Shown here piece after piece: positions 11,757 through 24,899 of a stretch of 49,947 nucleotides of DNA. Position 1 is the first letter of the stretch. Each line of letters begins with the position of its first letter. Location: NCBI RefSeq assembly GCF_006345805.1, contig NW_021834455.1, positions 1 to 49,947 on the forward strand, written 5' to 3'. Source of the DNA: Octopus sinensis (Eukaryota). A program made the position numbers and the translations under genes. The notes beneath the pieces are model-generated. The model saw only the letters and a program-made list of their open reading frames with translations, was not told the DNA's origin and searched no databases.

Positions 11757-12130
11757 TTATTATCTCCGCCTTAGGGAAGGCGGAGGTATTGTTTTCAGTC
11801 GTATTTGTTTGTTTGTTTGTCCATGGACATGATATCTCAAGAGCCGCTGGATGGATTCGAATGGAACTTTCAGGGCTGTTTGACCTCGTGACTGGCACTA
11901 ACGGACTAGATTTGGGGATCGATCCGGTACTGGACAAGGATTCTGGATTTTTTGTCCGTTTTTTATCCATTAATTTTTCAGAGCGGTCGGGTTCATTTTT
12001 AGTATTTTCGTTTGTGAGAGCAGTCGAGTTTATTTCAGATATTCTCGTTTTAAAAATTATCTCTGGCTAATCATTGAGAGGACGTTGGTGTTGCCTTGAT
12101 GGAGCTTTGCGCTCTCTATGTGGTCTTGTT
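11757..12130 (+). mobile_element. Non-autonomous Helentron-like (HINE/DINE-1-type) element
   Basis: 5' TTATTATCTCCGCCTT..AAGGCGGAG hairpin (11764-11785), (GTTT)n, and 3' CCTTGATGGAG subterminal repeat followed by GCGCTCTC. This is the known HINE layout. Confidence 0.6.
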
Positions 12131-12175
12131 GTAATGTAACTCTTTAGGCTGAATTGAAACAGCTGTAAGAGAATA

Positions 12176-12540
12176 TACTCTTACTCTTTTACTTGTTTCA
12201 GTCATTTGACTGCGGCCATGCTGGAGCACCGCCTTTAATCGAGCAACTCGACCCCGGGGACTTATTCTTTTGTAAGCCCAGTACTTATTCTATCGGTCTC
12301 TTTTGCCGAACTGCTAAGTAACGGGGACACACCAGCATCGGTTGTCAAGCAATGCTAGGGGGACAAACACAGACACACAAACACACACACGCATATATAT
12401 ATGTATACATATATACGTCGGGCTTCTTTTCAGTTTCCGTCTACCAAATCCACTCAGAAGGCTTTGGTCGGCCCGAGGCTATAGTAGAAGACACTTGCCC
12501 AAGGTGCCACGCTACTTACCACACAGCCACTCCTGCGCCT
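12176..12540 (-). mobile_element. SINE-B with internal deletion in the head
   Basis: Matches 11187-11590; segment between GTGCCACG and CTACTTACC is missing; (CTCTTTTA)n tail. Confidence 0.9.
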
Positions 12541-12606
12541 GTCGGATTTTTGTAGATAATAAGTATCATATTAAAGATACATCTCCATTTTCTAAATTTT
12601 CTTTGA

Positions 12607-12645
<39 letters not shown>

Positions 12646-13379
12646 TTGTCTGTGTGTGTGTGTGTTTATATACATATATGTATATTTACATACGCACGCA
12701 TACACGTATATGTATGCGTACATATTGTTTATATATATATGTAGATTTATTTTAATACATATATATGTATATATATATATACATATAAATTTTATATATA
12801 TATTATATTGTATGTGCATATTTTTATACGCACAAGCACGCGCGCGCACACACATGACACACACACACACACACACATAATCATTTGTGTACCATACTTA
12901 AAGCATATACATCGTTGAAAGGCTGATTTACTATATGAAATACTATAACATCCCTTATAGACGTATAGCGTGAAAAAAATCCACAGAAAAGCATTAGAAG
13001 CAAGCAAAAATCGTAAAACATGGCCGGTATTGCTAAATACCTATTTCTATTTGTTTGCGCTCCGTCAGTTACAATTATCCGCTGGCAACCATGCTTAGGA
13101 CAAAATCACCCGTTCTCGATATTAGTAAAACAAGGATTAACAAGTCAGTGGTTCCGACATCAATCGGCTATTTTGAACGAATACTGTTCAAAATACTGTT
13201 CGCTCATAACGAATAATGGACAGACATATCTTGAGAAATTAGGCTTCCCGAAACCTGAAAGGAGAAAGCTAATTCACTGGAATTGTAAAACTTTCCAGAA
13301 GTTTATCATTTAAATATATGTGACCAAGTCTAGATATGGAACTATAAGCATGAGAATACATACATAAAACATACAAATC

Positions 13380-13538
13380 TGCACATATACATACATACTT
13401 ACATAATACAAACATACATGCATACACACACATACAAACATACACACATACATACATACATACATATACATACATACATACATACATACATACATACATA
13501 CGTACGTACGTACGTACGTACGTACATACATACATACA

Positions 13539-13572
<34 letters not shown>

Positions 13573-14050
13573 CGTACAGTAAAAATATGCAAGACATCTC
13601 TCAAGTTCCAAATGCAAATTTGTCTGTGTTAACTACATCCCAAAGATGTAGTCTTGTATCTTTGTTAGAAACCGGCTCCCTCCTCAGTGGAAGATTTATA
13701 ATAATTAAAAAATAGGAGAGATATACATACATACATACATACATACATACATACATACATACATACATACATACATACATACATACATACATACATACAT
13801 ACATACGTACATACATACATACATACATAACATACATACTACATACATACATACATACATACATACATGCGTACATACATAATACATACATACATACATA
13901 CATATATACATACATACATACATACATACATACATACATGCATACATACATACATACACACACATACATACATACACACATACATACATACATACATACA
14001 TACATACATACATACATACATACATACATACATACATACGTACGTACATG
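13380..14050. repeat. Two (TACA)n microsatellite blocks
   Basis: Seen directly, separated by ~150 bp of non-satellite sequence. Confidence 0.9.
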
Positions 14051-14675
14051 CATAGAAAGAAAATTACCCTGTTACTGATGTTGAAATTCGAATGAAGGAG
14101 CCTTGGATCAAGGTTAGAAACCGGTTTGTTCCCTGTTGGCAAGACATCTTGAAATAAACTGAATAATGACATACACATACACATTCATACACATACACAC
14201 ACACACACACATCAATGACCATAATATTGGAGTTGATCAGTCAATGATCTCCCTGTTCACTGAATTATGGAGTCTGTTGCCGAGAATGAGACTGATTCTC
14301 GGGTGGAATCCACGTGATACATGTAAAAGACTCTAATATGATTGTTCTTTTCAATAACAAAAAAAAAAAGAAACAAATACAGTTTGTATGGGACGTGCCT
14401 TCACACAGCCCATTGTCCATCTCTCCGAGATTATATTGAATGCCCCACGGTCACGATGCCAGCGGGTGATTGAAACTCCGACCTCTGGAAGGTGTAGGGA
14501 ATTTCTTAGCGTCTCATCGACACACATCGTAAGTACCAATTGGGGTCAGACTTAGAATCACGTGTCCAGGCTGGGACGCGATCCATATGTCCATCCCTTC
14601 ACATGTAATCGTTTTACCGACAACTGGGGGCTGCCTATCGGGTATTTTCTCTCTTGTTCGAGTCTCAGCCTGTCA

Positions 14676-14694
14676 GTGTGTGTGTGCGTGTGTG

Positions 14695-14762
<68 letters not shown>

Positions 14763-14940
14763 GTGTGTGTGTGTGTGTGTGTGTGTGTTTTGTGTGTGTG
14801 TGTGTGTTTTGTGTGTGTGTGTGTGTGTGTATGTGTGTGTGTGTGGTTTTGTGTGTGTGTGTGTGTGTGTATGTGTGTGTGTGTGTTTTGTGTGTGTATG
14901 TGTGTGTGTGTGTGTGTGTTTTGTGTGTGTGTGTGTGTGT
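14676..14940. repeat. (TG)n microsatellite
   Basis: Seen directly. Confidence 0.95.
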
Positions 14941-15646
14941 ACACGCATGTTTGTACTCCTGTATCACTTTGTACATGTGATAGCATCTGTGTGTCTGTGT
15001 ATGTGTGCGAGTGTGTGAATGTGTGTGTTTATACACCTGTGTGACCATGAACGATAGCATCTGTGTGTGTGTGCATGAGTGAGTGTGTGTGTATGTGTAT
15101 GTGTGTTAGTTTTTGAATGCGTGTGCGTTTATGCCCCAGTGCGGTGATGCATGATAGTATCTGTGTGTGTGTTTATGCGTGTGTTAGACATTATGTTCCA
15201 TGTTTGTCCAGGTGGGGTTCAGGGGGGACGGCCATTGCCCCCACAGGTGGATATACCATTATCTGATAGTAGGGAACATAATAACAGGTTACCTCGGTTG
15301 TTAATAACGCCAAACACAAGCATTTACTGCAGACCCCTTTCCCGCCTTTTCCCTCCCCCTCTTGCTCCTCCCCCTTCACATTATGTACAACAGTCATGTC
15401 GTCGTTAAGATGGAGCCCATGTGTGTGCGTGTGTGTGTGTGTGTGTGGTGTGTGTGCGTGCGTGCGTGTGTGCGTGTGTGCGTGTGTGCATCATATATTA
15501 GAGTAATATGCACATTGCAGCTGTGACGATACGATCAACACCTACTTGCACCGTGTCTATACACACACACACAGATATATTCATAAAAGTATATGCATAT
15601 AAGCATATATATACATACATGGACATGTGTATATGTAGTATGTATG

Positions 15647-15759
<113 letters not shown>

Positions 15760-15878
15760 ATGCATATGCCTATATATTATATATACATGCATATTAAAGA
15801 ATATGGGTATATGCATGACTGTATATATGAATATATAGGCATATACATACACATACACACACACATATATGTACATAC

Positions 15879-16298
15879 CTCTTTTACTCTTTTACTCTTT
15901 TACTTGTTTCAGTCATTTGACTGCGGCCATGCTGGAGCACCGCCTTTAGTCGAGCAAATCGACCCCGGGACTTATTCTTTGTAAGCCCAGTACTTATTCT
16001 ATCGGTCTGATTTTGCTGAACCGCTAAGTGACGGGGACGTAAACACACCAGCATCGGTTGTCAAGCAATGCTAGGGGGACAAACACAGACACACAAACAT
16101 ATACACACACACTTATATATATATATACATATATACGACAGGCTTCTTTCAGTTTCCATCTACCAAATCCACTCACAAGGCATTGGTCGGCCCGGGGCTA
16201 TAGCAGAATACACTTGCCCATGATGTCACGCAGTGGGACTGAACCCGGAACCATGTGGTTGGTTAGCAAGCTACTTACCACACAGCCACTCCTGCGCC
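15879..16298 (-). mobile_element. SINE-B full length (B1)
   Basis: Complete head to (CTCTTTTA)n tail. Confidence 0.9.
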
Positions 16299-16334
16299 TG
16301 TATATTTATATATATAGATGTGTGTGTATATGCC

Positions 16335-16400
<66 letters not shown>

Positions 16401-16565
16401 GACATGCATACACCCATATTCTTTAATATACGTATATATACGTTTTTTTTTATGTGCTCACATGTATGTGTGTGAGTCCATTTATGTACATTCCTGGGTA
16501 AAACTAAGGAATGACTCAGCCATATTACTAGAAAATTTGGCGCTCTAAAAGATGTACAACGTATT

Positions 16566-17290
16566 CTTTTCTACTCTAAGCACAAGAGGAGGAGCCAGTC
16601 GATTATATGGACCCCACTACGCAACTGGTACTTAATTTATCGACCGCGAAGGGATGAAAGGCAAAGTCGACCTCGGCGGAATTTGAACTCAGAACGTAGC
16701 GGTAGACGAAATACCTATTTCTTTACTACCCACAAGGGGCTACACACAGAGGGGTCAAACAAGGACAGACAAACGGATTAAGTCGATTACATCGACCCCA
16801 GTGCGCAACTGGTACTTAATTTATCGACCCCGAAAGGATGAAAGGCAAAGTCGACCTCAGCGGAATTTGAACTCAGAACGTAGCGGCAGACGAAATACCT
16901 ATTTCTTTACTACCCACAAGGGGCTAAACAAGGACAGACAAACGGATTAAGTCGATTACATCGACCCCAGTGCGCAACTGGTACTTAATTTATCGACCCT
17001 GAAAGGATGAAAGGCAAAGTCGACCTCAGCGGAATTTGAACTCAGAACGTAGCGGTAGACGAAATACCTATTTCTTTACTACCCACAAGGGGCTACACAC
17101 AGAGGGGACAAACAAGGACAGACAAACGGATTAAGTCGATTACATCGCCCCCAATGTGTAACTAGTACTTAATTTATCGACCTCAAAAGGATGAAAGGCA
17201 AAGTCGACCTCGGCGGAATTTGAACTCAGGATGTAACGGCAGACGAAATACGGCTAAGCATTTCGCCCGGCGTGCTAACGTTTCGGCCAT
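16566..17290 (-). mobile_element. SINE-A concatemer, 4 core copies
   Basis: GAAATACC|TATTTC junctions at 16715, 16899 and 17068; tail A1 at the left, head at the right. Confidence 0.9.
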
Positions 17291-17383
17291 CTTGCCATCT
17301 TTAAGCTGTACAATATATTGCAAAGTAATTCTTTTTAATCGAGTGTGCTATGGTGCCCAAAGAATGACTGTAACATGAAACAT

Positions 17384-17795
17384 TCTTTTACTCTTTTACT
17401 CTTTTACTTGTTTCAGTCATTTGACTGCGGCCATGCTGGAGCACTACCTTTAGTCGAGCAAATCAACCCCGGGACTTATTCTTTGTAAGCCCAGTACTTA
17501 TTCTATCAGTCTCTTTTGCTGAACCGCTAAGTGACGGGGACGTAAACACACCAGCATCGTTGTCAAGCAATGCTAGGGGGACAAACACAGACACACAAAC
17601 ATATAACACACAACTTATATATATACCTATACATAACGACAGGCTTCTTTCAGTTTCCATATACAAATCCACTCACAAGGCATTGGTCGGCCCGGGGCTA
17701 TAGCAGAATACACTTGCCCATGATGTCACGCAGTGGGACTGAACCCGGAACCATGTGGTTGGTTAGCAAGCTACACCACACAGCCACTCCTGCGC
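17384..17795 (-). mobile_element. SINE-B, chimera of B3 (left part) and B1 (right part)
   Basis: Left diagnostics GAGCACTACC, ATCAACCCC and ATCAGTCTC match B3. Right diagnostics CAGTTTCCAT and GAATACACTTGCCCATGATGTCAC match B1. Confidence 0.85.
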
Positions 17796-17833
17796 TGTAT
17801 ATTTATATATATAGATGTGTGTGTAATGCCTAA

Positions 17834-17904
<71 letters not shown>

Positions 17905-18059
17905 CATACACCCATATTCTTTAATATACGTATATATACGTTTTTTTTTATGTGCTCACATGTATGTGTGTGAGTCCATTTATACATTCTGGGTTAAAAC
18001 TAAGGAATGACTCAGCCATATTACTAGAAAATTTGGCGCTCTAAAGATGTACAACGTAT

Positions 18060-18965
18060 TCTTTTCTACTCTAAGCACAAGAGGAGGAGCCAGTCGATAT
18101 GGACCCACTAGGCAACTGGTACTTAATTTATCGCCGCGAAGGGATGAAAGGCAAAGTCGACCTCGTCGGAATTTGAACTCAGAACGTAGCGGTAGACGAA
18201 ATACCTATTTCTTTACTACCCACAAGGGGCTACACACAGAGGGGACCAAACAAGGACAGAAAAACGGATTAAGTCGATTACACGACCCCAGTGCGCAACT
18301 GGTACTAATTTATCGACACCCGAAAGGATGATTGAAAGGCAAGTCGACCTCGGCGGAATTGAACTCAGAGGTAGCGGTAGACGAAATACCTATTTCTTTA
18401 CTACCCACAAGGGGCATACACACAGAGGGGTTCAAACAAGGACACAGAAACAAACGGATTAAGGCGATTACTCGACCCCAGTGCGCAACTGGTACTTAAT
18501 ATCGACCCCGAAAGGATGAAAGGCAAAGTCGACCTCAGCGAATTTGAACTCAGAACGTAGCGGCAGACGAAATACCTATTTCTTTACTACCCACAAGGGG
18601 CTAACAAGGACAGACAAACGATTTAAGTCGATTAAATCGACCCAGTGCGAAAATGGTACTTAATTTATCGACCCTGAAAGGATGAAAGGCAAAGTCGACC
18701 TCAGCGGAATTGGAACTCAGAACGTAGCGGTAGACGAAATACCTATTTCTTTACTACCCACAAGGGGCTACACACAGAGGGGACAAACACAAGGACAGAC
18801 AAACGGATTAAGTCGATACATCGCCCCCAATGTGTAACTAGTACTTAATTTATCGACCTCAAAAGGAGAAAGGCAAAGTCGACCTCGGCGGAATTTGAAC
18901 TCAGGATGTAACGGCAGACGAAATACGGCTAAGCATTTCGCCGGCGCGTGCTAACGTTCGGCCAT
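18060..18965 (-). mobile_element. SINE-A concatemer, 5 core copies (paralog of 16566-17290)
   Basis: Junctions at ~18205, 18390, 18576 and 18743; many 1-bp indels relative to the first array. Confidence 0.85.
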
Positions 18966-19058
18966 CTTGCCATCTTTAAGCTGTACAATATATTGCAAAG
19001 TAATTCTTTTTAATCGAGTGTGCTATGGTGCCCAAAGAATGACTGTAACATGAAACAT

Positions 19059-19268
19059 TCTTTACTCTTTTACTCTTTTACTTGTTCAGTCATTGACTGC
19101 GGCCATGCTGGAGCACTACCTTTAGTCGAGCAAATCAACCCCGGGACTTATTCTTTGTAAGCCCAGTACTTATTCTATCAGTCTCTTTTGCTGAACCGCT
19201 CAGTGACGGGGACGTAAACACACCAGCATCGGTTGTCAAGCAATGCTAGGGGGACAAACACAGACACA

Positions 19269-19329
<61 letters not shown>

Positions 19330-19494
19330 GTACGACAGGCTTCTTTGAGTTTCCGTCTACCAAATCCACTCACAAGGCATTGGTCGGCCCGGGGCTATAG
19401 CAGAAGACACTTGCCCAAGGTGCTACGCAGTAGGACTGGACCCGGAACCATGTGGTTGGTTAGCAAGCTACTTACTACACAGCCACTCCTGCGC
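19059..19494 (-). mobile_element. SINE-B full length (B3)
   Basis: Complete head to tail. Confidence 0.9.
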
Positions 19495-19639
19495 TATTAT
19501 TAAACATTTTAAAATATCCTTTCCAAGAACAATTCTGACTGTAACTTATCCAAGTATCAAATATCAACAGAATGTTCTTAGTTCCAAAAATTGAAATTCT
19601 TCCTCCAGGCATTTTGAGTGAAAGAGAGAGGGAGACATG

Positions 19640-20140
19640 TTTTACAGCGATCGATATAGTATTTTCTGAAGATACTTTCGTCTTCACTCTAATTTCTTAT
19701 ATTCTCTCTTCCCGGCTGTTCTCCACGGTCCGTCCTCCATATTGTTCTACCACCACATCATGTCTTACAGGCAGACGATATCGTGATGTTGCCTGCTTAC
19801 GGTGTGTTTCGTGTTCTCGGGATTCATTTCATAGTCTGCCACTCGTCATATCGATGTCGCTTTACTTAAATCCATTTTCTTTTCGTGCATCAGCCATTAT
19901 TTGTTCATCTTGTTTTCTTTTCTTCAATTTCACAAACCTATCATTCCGTGTCAGACATAAAACACTTACTCTTGTTCCAAGACAGAACCCCTTTATTAGG
20001 CCTTGTCATTGCTCTTGTCATTTTGAAGCTTTCCAACAGCATAGCCCCGAATGTCATTTTCCTATTAAGCAAAGAGATTTCCATCTGATGAACTGTTGTA
20101 ATAGTAGAGTTGTACAGCCACCCCGGGTCTGTATCTTTTG
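19640..20140 (-). mobile_element. Possible highly decayed RTE-clade LINE ORF C-terminal fragment
   Basis: Interrupted minus frames give LYNSTI.., RAMTR..GV, MK*IPRTR and PWRTAGKREYKKLE, in the order of RTE C-terminal motifs. Similarity judged by eye only. Confidence 0.35.
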
Positions 20141-20200
20141 TTTTCAATCAGGAAATAGTTTACAAGGAACTCTTTTTTAAAATTCTACTGAACGAAACAG

Positions 20201-20310
20201 GTGCAGGTGTGGCTGTGTGGTAAGGTGTCTTTCTCCCAACCACATGGTTTCCGGTTCAGTTCCACTCCATGGAACCTTGTAAGTGGATTTGGCAGGCAGA
20301 AAACGTCATG
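20201..20310 (+). mobile_element. SINE-B head fragment (internally deleted)
   Basis: GGTGCAGGTGTGGCTGTGTGGTAAG...CCGGTTCAGTTCC...GTGGATTTGG. Confidence 0.7.
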
Positions 20311-20600
20311 TACGTGTATATATTTACATTTATGAATTTTTAAGCATTTCTAAATTTTGATATTTGTATGAATTTTTATATATTTATAAATTTTCGTGTA
20401 TATGTATTTGTAAATTCTTAGAAATTTTTTTATATATCATATAGATGAATGCATCTATGTATGTATTTTGTATACCATGGAGTATTTCGTTAATATGGAT
20501 TGAATGAATATATACATCGGCCTTTGAATTTGTTTTCTCTTCTCCTTAATTATACACACACAGACACACACACGCATATATATATATATATATATACACT

Positions 20601-20997
20601 GGCGCAAGCGTGGCTGTGTGGTAAGAAGCAAGCTTCCCAATCACATGGTTCCGGGTTCAAGTCTCACTACTATAGCCTCGGACCAACCAGAGCCTTGTGA
20701 GTGGTTTTGGTAGACGGAAACTGAAAGAAGCCCGTCAAATACATGTATATCTGTGTGTATGTAAGTGCGCTTGTGTGTCTGTGTTTGGCCTCCTCCACCA
20801 TCGCTTGACAACCGATCTTGGTGTGTTTACGTCCCCATAACCTAGCGTTTCGGCAAAAGTACCGATAGAATACTTGCCAGGCTTTAGAAATACAAAACAA
20901 GTCCTGGGGCCGATTCCTTCGACTAAAATTCTTCAAGGTGGTGCCCCAGCATGGCCTCACATTAATGACTAAAATAAATAAAGGATAAAAGATAAAA
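20601..20997 (+). mobile_element. SINE-B-related copy, diverged
   Basis: Head GGCGCAAGCGTGGCTGTGTGGTAAG, GGGTTCAAGTC B box, tail GGTGGTGCCCCAGCATGGCC. Confidence 0.8.
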
Positions 20998-21291
20998 TGT
21001 AATCATTTTTCTTTCCTCCAATTTAAAGAGCTCCTCACAGTCACGTGTCACATCCTGTTTGAAGAATGATTAGCAAACAGCCAAGTGTTTTGTTTTCGGT
21101 AGCATCTCCGCAAATCGGTTCTAATATCTTTTACGTCATTTACAAGAATAGATCTGCACTTGTTTACATCTAATAAGTATCGATATCTAACTGATAGACT
21201 TGAGTAAACTATCGATTTTTAGTTTCCGTAGATCAATGGTTCTGACCAGTCATTTTCTATGTTGGCTTTTTTTATATTGTATGCACATTTA

Positions 21292-21548
21292 GGCGTAGCA
21301 GTGACTGTGTGGTAAGTAGCTTGCTTACCAAACACATGATACCGGGTTCAGTCCCACTGCATGGCACCTTGGGCAAGTTTCTTCTACTATAACCTCGGGC
21401 CGACCAAAGGCTTGTGAGTGGATTTGGTAGATGGAAACTGAAAGACGCCCGTCGGTTATATGTATATGTTTATATATATATATATATATGTCTGTGTATA
21501 TATATATATATATATGTCTGTGTATATATATATATATATATGTCTGTG

Positions 21549-21581
<33 letters not shown>

Positions 21582-21806
21582 ATGTGTGTGTGTGTGTGTG
21601 TGTATGTTGTGTCTATGTTTGTCCCACCCGAACATCTCTTGACAACGGATGCTGGTGTGTTTACGTCCCCGTAACTTAGCGGTTCGGCAAAATAGACCGA
21701 TAGAATAAGTACCAGACTTTCAAAGAATTAGTCCTGGGGTCGATTTGCTCGACTAAAGGCTATGCTCCTGTATGGCCGCAGTCAAATAACTGAAACAAGT
21801 AAAACA
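21292..21806 (+). mobile_element. SINE-B full length with expanded internal TA/TG tract
   Basis: Head, CCTTGGGCAAG core and TGAAACAAGTAAAA tail. Confidence 0.85.
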
Positions 21807-22137
21807 ATATATAAAGAATAAAATATTCTGAATAACAGAATCTGAAAAAAATAAAAAAGATAAGGATGAAATACAGAAAGATTAATTAGAGAGCAAGTGG
21901 GGTAGAAATATTTACGGTTATTTAATCCATTCTTATTGATGTTTCATTAACAATGATATCTGCTATATAAAGGTATACCTTATAAAAAGATGACACTATT
22001 AAATCCTCAGAGATTGCACAACAAACGAAAATACTTTAACTTACATAAATGGCTTCGGAGAGCAACATAGTATCAACAAACACAACAAATATAGGTATGT
22101 TTGTATGCATGGATGTATCTCTATCTACATCTATATA

Positions 22138-22433
22138 TTGGGTCATCCCATAAATAATGCGGTTTTTCAAATGCATGAACTAAAAGTCGGAGGGGGACGG
22201 GATAAACTACCTGCATCAACTGGCTATAAAAGTTGGTAGTAAGTTTACCTTGTCCTTATTCTTAGTGCAATTTTTGAAGAGTGCGGTTCGATTTCAACAG
22301 TTATTTTTTCAAAGCCATAATGGAAGTGACAAAGGAGCACATTCGGCATATTTTGCTTTATGAGTTCAATAAGGGCAATAATGCAATGGAAAGCGCGAGG
22401 AATATTAATGCAGTATATGAGGATTTGACAATA
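22138..22433 (+). mobile_element. Mariner (mellifera-like) 5' fragment: TIR plus transposase N-terminus
   Basis: TA|TTGGGTCATCCCATAAATAATGCGG TIR-like end. ATG at 22320 gives MEVTKEHIRHILLYEFNKGNNAMESARNINAVY, the mariner HTH start. Confidence 0.75.
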
Positions 22434-22496
22434 CAGGAGAGTATATTTTAGATTAAAAACGAAGTTTGTTCATCTAAATTTTGAAAACTAAAAGAA

Positions 22497-22789
22497 TGGC
22501 ACTCTATCGGTTATGACGCAGAGCATTCCAGTGGATCCGATCAACGGAACAGCGTGCAAGTGTCTGAGCACTCCACAGACACGCGCACCCCTAACGTATT
22601 TCTTAGGGAGATTCAGCGTGGAAAGGCCGACCCTTTGAATTCCTGGTAAAACTCATTTTTGCCTGTTGAGTGAAATGGAACAACGGGAAATAGAGAGTCT
22701 TGCTGAAGGACATAACGGGTAATTGGGAATCGAACTCACAATCCTGCTGTCATATGCCGAATACTTTAACCACAAAACCCCGCGTCTTC
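22497..22789 (-). mobile_element. SINE-D: tRNA head + MIR/CORE-like centre + SINE-C-type tail
   Basis: GTGGTTAAAGTATTCGGC..GAGTTCGATTCCC, TGTCCTTCAGCAAGAC core-like motif, then TTCAAAGGGTCGGCC..GCTGTTCCGTTGATCGGATC tail shared with SINE-C. Confidence 0.7.
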
Positions 22790-22812
22790 AGGATGTGTGT
22801 GTGTGTGTGTGT

Positions 22813-23073
22813 GGAGGTACAGTGGCCCAGTGGTTCGGGCAGCGGACTCGCGGTCGCCACAACTTTCACTCTTTCTTCCTGTTTCTGTTGTACCTGTATT
22901 TCAAAGGGGCCAGCCTTGTCACACTCTGTGTCATGCTGAATCTCCCCCAAGAACTACGTTAAGGGTACACGTGTCTGTGGAGTGTTCAGCCACTTGCACG
23001 TTAATTTCACGAGCAGGCTGTTCCGTTGATCGGATCAACTGGAACCTTCGTCGTCGTAACCGACGGAGTACCA
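22813..23073 (+). mobile_element. SINE-C with central deletion
   Basis: Matches 27075-27455 but jumps from CGCGGTCGC to CACAACTTTC. Confidence 0.85.
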
Positions 23074-23299
23074 GTATATACATATATAGACATTATCATT
23101 ATCTACTTAGTTATGATAAGTACAAGCAAAACCAGTCGACTAAGTAAATATTTTATTTCATAAAATATTTTTCTATATCTTTTGTACAACACAAAATATC
23201 TACGCGTTTTGGATATTCATATTTTTCATTGCAACTCCCAACGTGAAAAACAAATTTTTTATCGAACCTTTTCACTACATACACACACATTTATAAAAT

Positions 23300-24899
23300 T
23301 GAGGGTCGACTGAACAGTTGATAGGCTGATCAAGATACTCTCATGGAATGTGACCAAATGAGGTTTATTTTTCAACATAATCTTCCTTGTGGTCTGCACA
23401 ATTCTTCCATAGGTGTTCCAGTGCTGGGATCCCATTACTGAAGATGCTTTCATCCCGTTAGTCAAAACATCGACTGCAGATATGACGTCATCCCTGCGAC
23501 GCTGGCTCCCAGTCAAGTGGGGTTTTTTTATGTTGGGGAACAGATGATAATCAGATGGGACCAAAACAGCAGACTAGGAAAGATGACGAACCAGTTCGAA
23601 GTCACAATCACGCACAGCAGCCATTGAAACCAAGGGGTTGTGTACTGAAGCATTGACCTGGTGAAAAAATTATTCCTTTCTTCTGTTTTCCTGAGCGTTT
23701 GGTCTCATGGACTTTCGTAACTGCCGCAACAAATTGACATAGTACTCTCCAATGGTGGTGTGGCGCTTTTCACGATAGTCAATAAGCATAATACATTTTG
23801 CATCCCTAAAAAACTGAGGCCTGCTGGTGAAACCACCTTGGCCTTCTTTGGAGCAAATGAGGAGGAGTGTTTCCACTGCGTAGATTGTTTGTCTCTGGCT
23901 CAAAGAGACGAACCCAACACTCATCCTTGCTTCGGAAACGTTCAAGGAAACCAGCTGGTCCTGCTGCAAACCATGTCAGATTCTCTCGCGATGTGATCGG
24001 CCCTGGTGCGCTTTTGATCAGGTGTCAGAAGACGTGGCACACACCGAGCAGAAGAAACCTTCATTATGCCAAGTTCATTCTGCAGAACATTCTCCACTTT
24101 CTCACGAGGTATTCTAACAGCATTGGTTATTTGTTTTAGAGTCACATGCTTGTCATCCATCATCATGTTTGTTTGTTCCTTCTCGAGCCATACCTAGCTC
24201 ATAAGGGCCGGTTTCCCGGTTTCAATGGCGTATAGGTTCCCCACCTGATGGGACGCCGGTTCGTCGCAGGTTTGCTGCAATATGCAGGAGGAAAGAGGTG
24301 AGTGAAAGTTGTGGTGAAAGAGTCAGCAGAAGTTCGCCATTACCTTCTGCCGGAGCAGCGTGGAGATTAAGCGTTTTGCTCATAAACACACACATCGTCT
24401 GAGATTCGAAGCCGCGATCCCTCGACCGCTAGTTCGCTGCTGTAACCATTAGACCATGTGCCCCCACTATCATCATATGATGAACACGATCAATGTTTTC
24501 CCTTGGTGGTGGCAGTTGCAGGACGTCCAGACTCTGGGTCACCTCCGAGACTCTCCCTTCCTCTCCTAAATTCATCTGCCCACTTTTGCACTGTTAGTGA
24601 AGCTGGAACGTCATCCTCTTACGTATGTCATCCTGTAAGGTAGAATGTTCTTGGGTGGGGCTAAACCCTTTTATTGCAGGGACTTGATAACAGCACGATG
24701 CTAAATTTTGTCGATTTTGAAGAGAAGTTGCTACTTGTTACTTCTGAAGTCTTCTTGGAAGAGTCAGATGTCAGTTTACCGAGAAAGAAACGATGTAGTT
24801 ATCAACAAGAAAGGTTGAAATGAATGAATGCATGCAAGGTTTCCCAGCTCTAGCATCACTTCTTCATAGTCAACCTGTGAACACTTTAGACCATCCCCG
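23300..24899 (-). mobile_element. Near full-length decayed mariner (irritans/Himar1-like) copy 2
   Basis: Both degenerate TIRs present. Frames give ESGRPATAT, VPRLLTPDQKR, IDY.EK..T.IGEYYVNLLRQLR, PSDYHLFPNIKK and EDYVEK*, with multiple stops and frameshifts. Confidence 0.9.
24167..24468 (-). mobile_element. SINE-E: SINE-C-like head and centre with a different (V-domain-like) 3' part, nested in mariner
   Basis: TSD ATCATCAT at 24159-24166 and 24469-24476; (AAAC)n tail; empty site at ~8105 in mariner copy 1. Confidence 0.8.

Larger units (their letters stand above)
15879..19494. repeat. Tandem duplication B1-X-B(chimeric)-X'-B3, units ~1.5 and ~1.7 kb
   Basis: Unique spacer sequences (e.g. 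AAAACTAAGGAATGACTCAGCCATATTACTAGAAAATTTGGCGC; GCCATCTTTAAGCTGTACAATATATTGC) occur twice in the same order. Confidence 0.9.

Noticed and set aside
16566-18965. CRISPR-like regularly spaced repeats
   Set aside because: Entire ~184-bp units repeat with no unique spacers; eukaryotic SINE context; no cas genes.
19572-20180. 202-aa plus-strand ORF as a real gene
   Set aside because: No recognisable motif and no splice context; better explained as the antisense shadow of a decayed RTE-like fragment.
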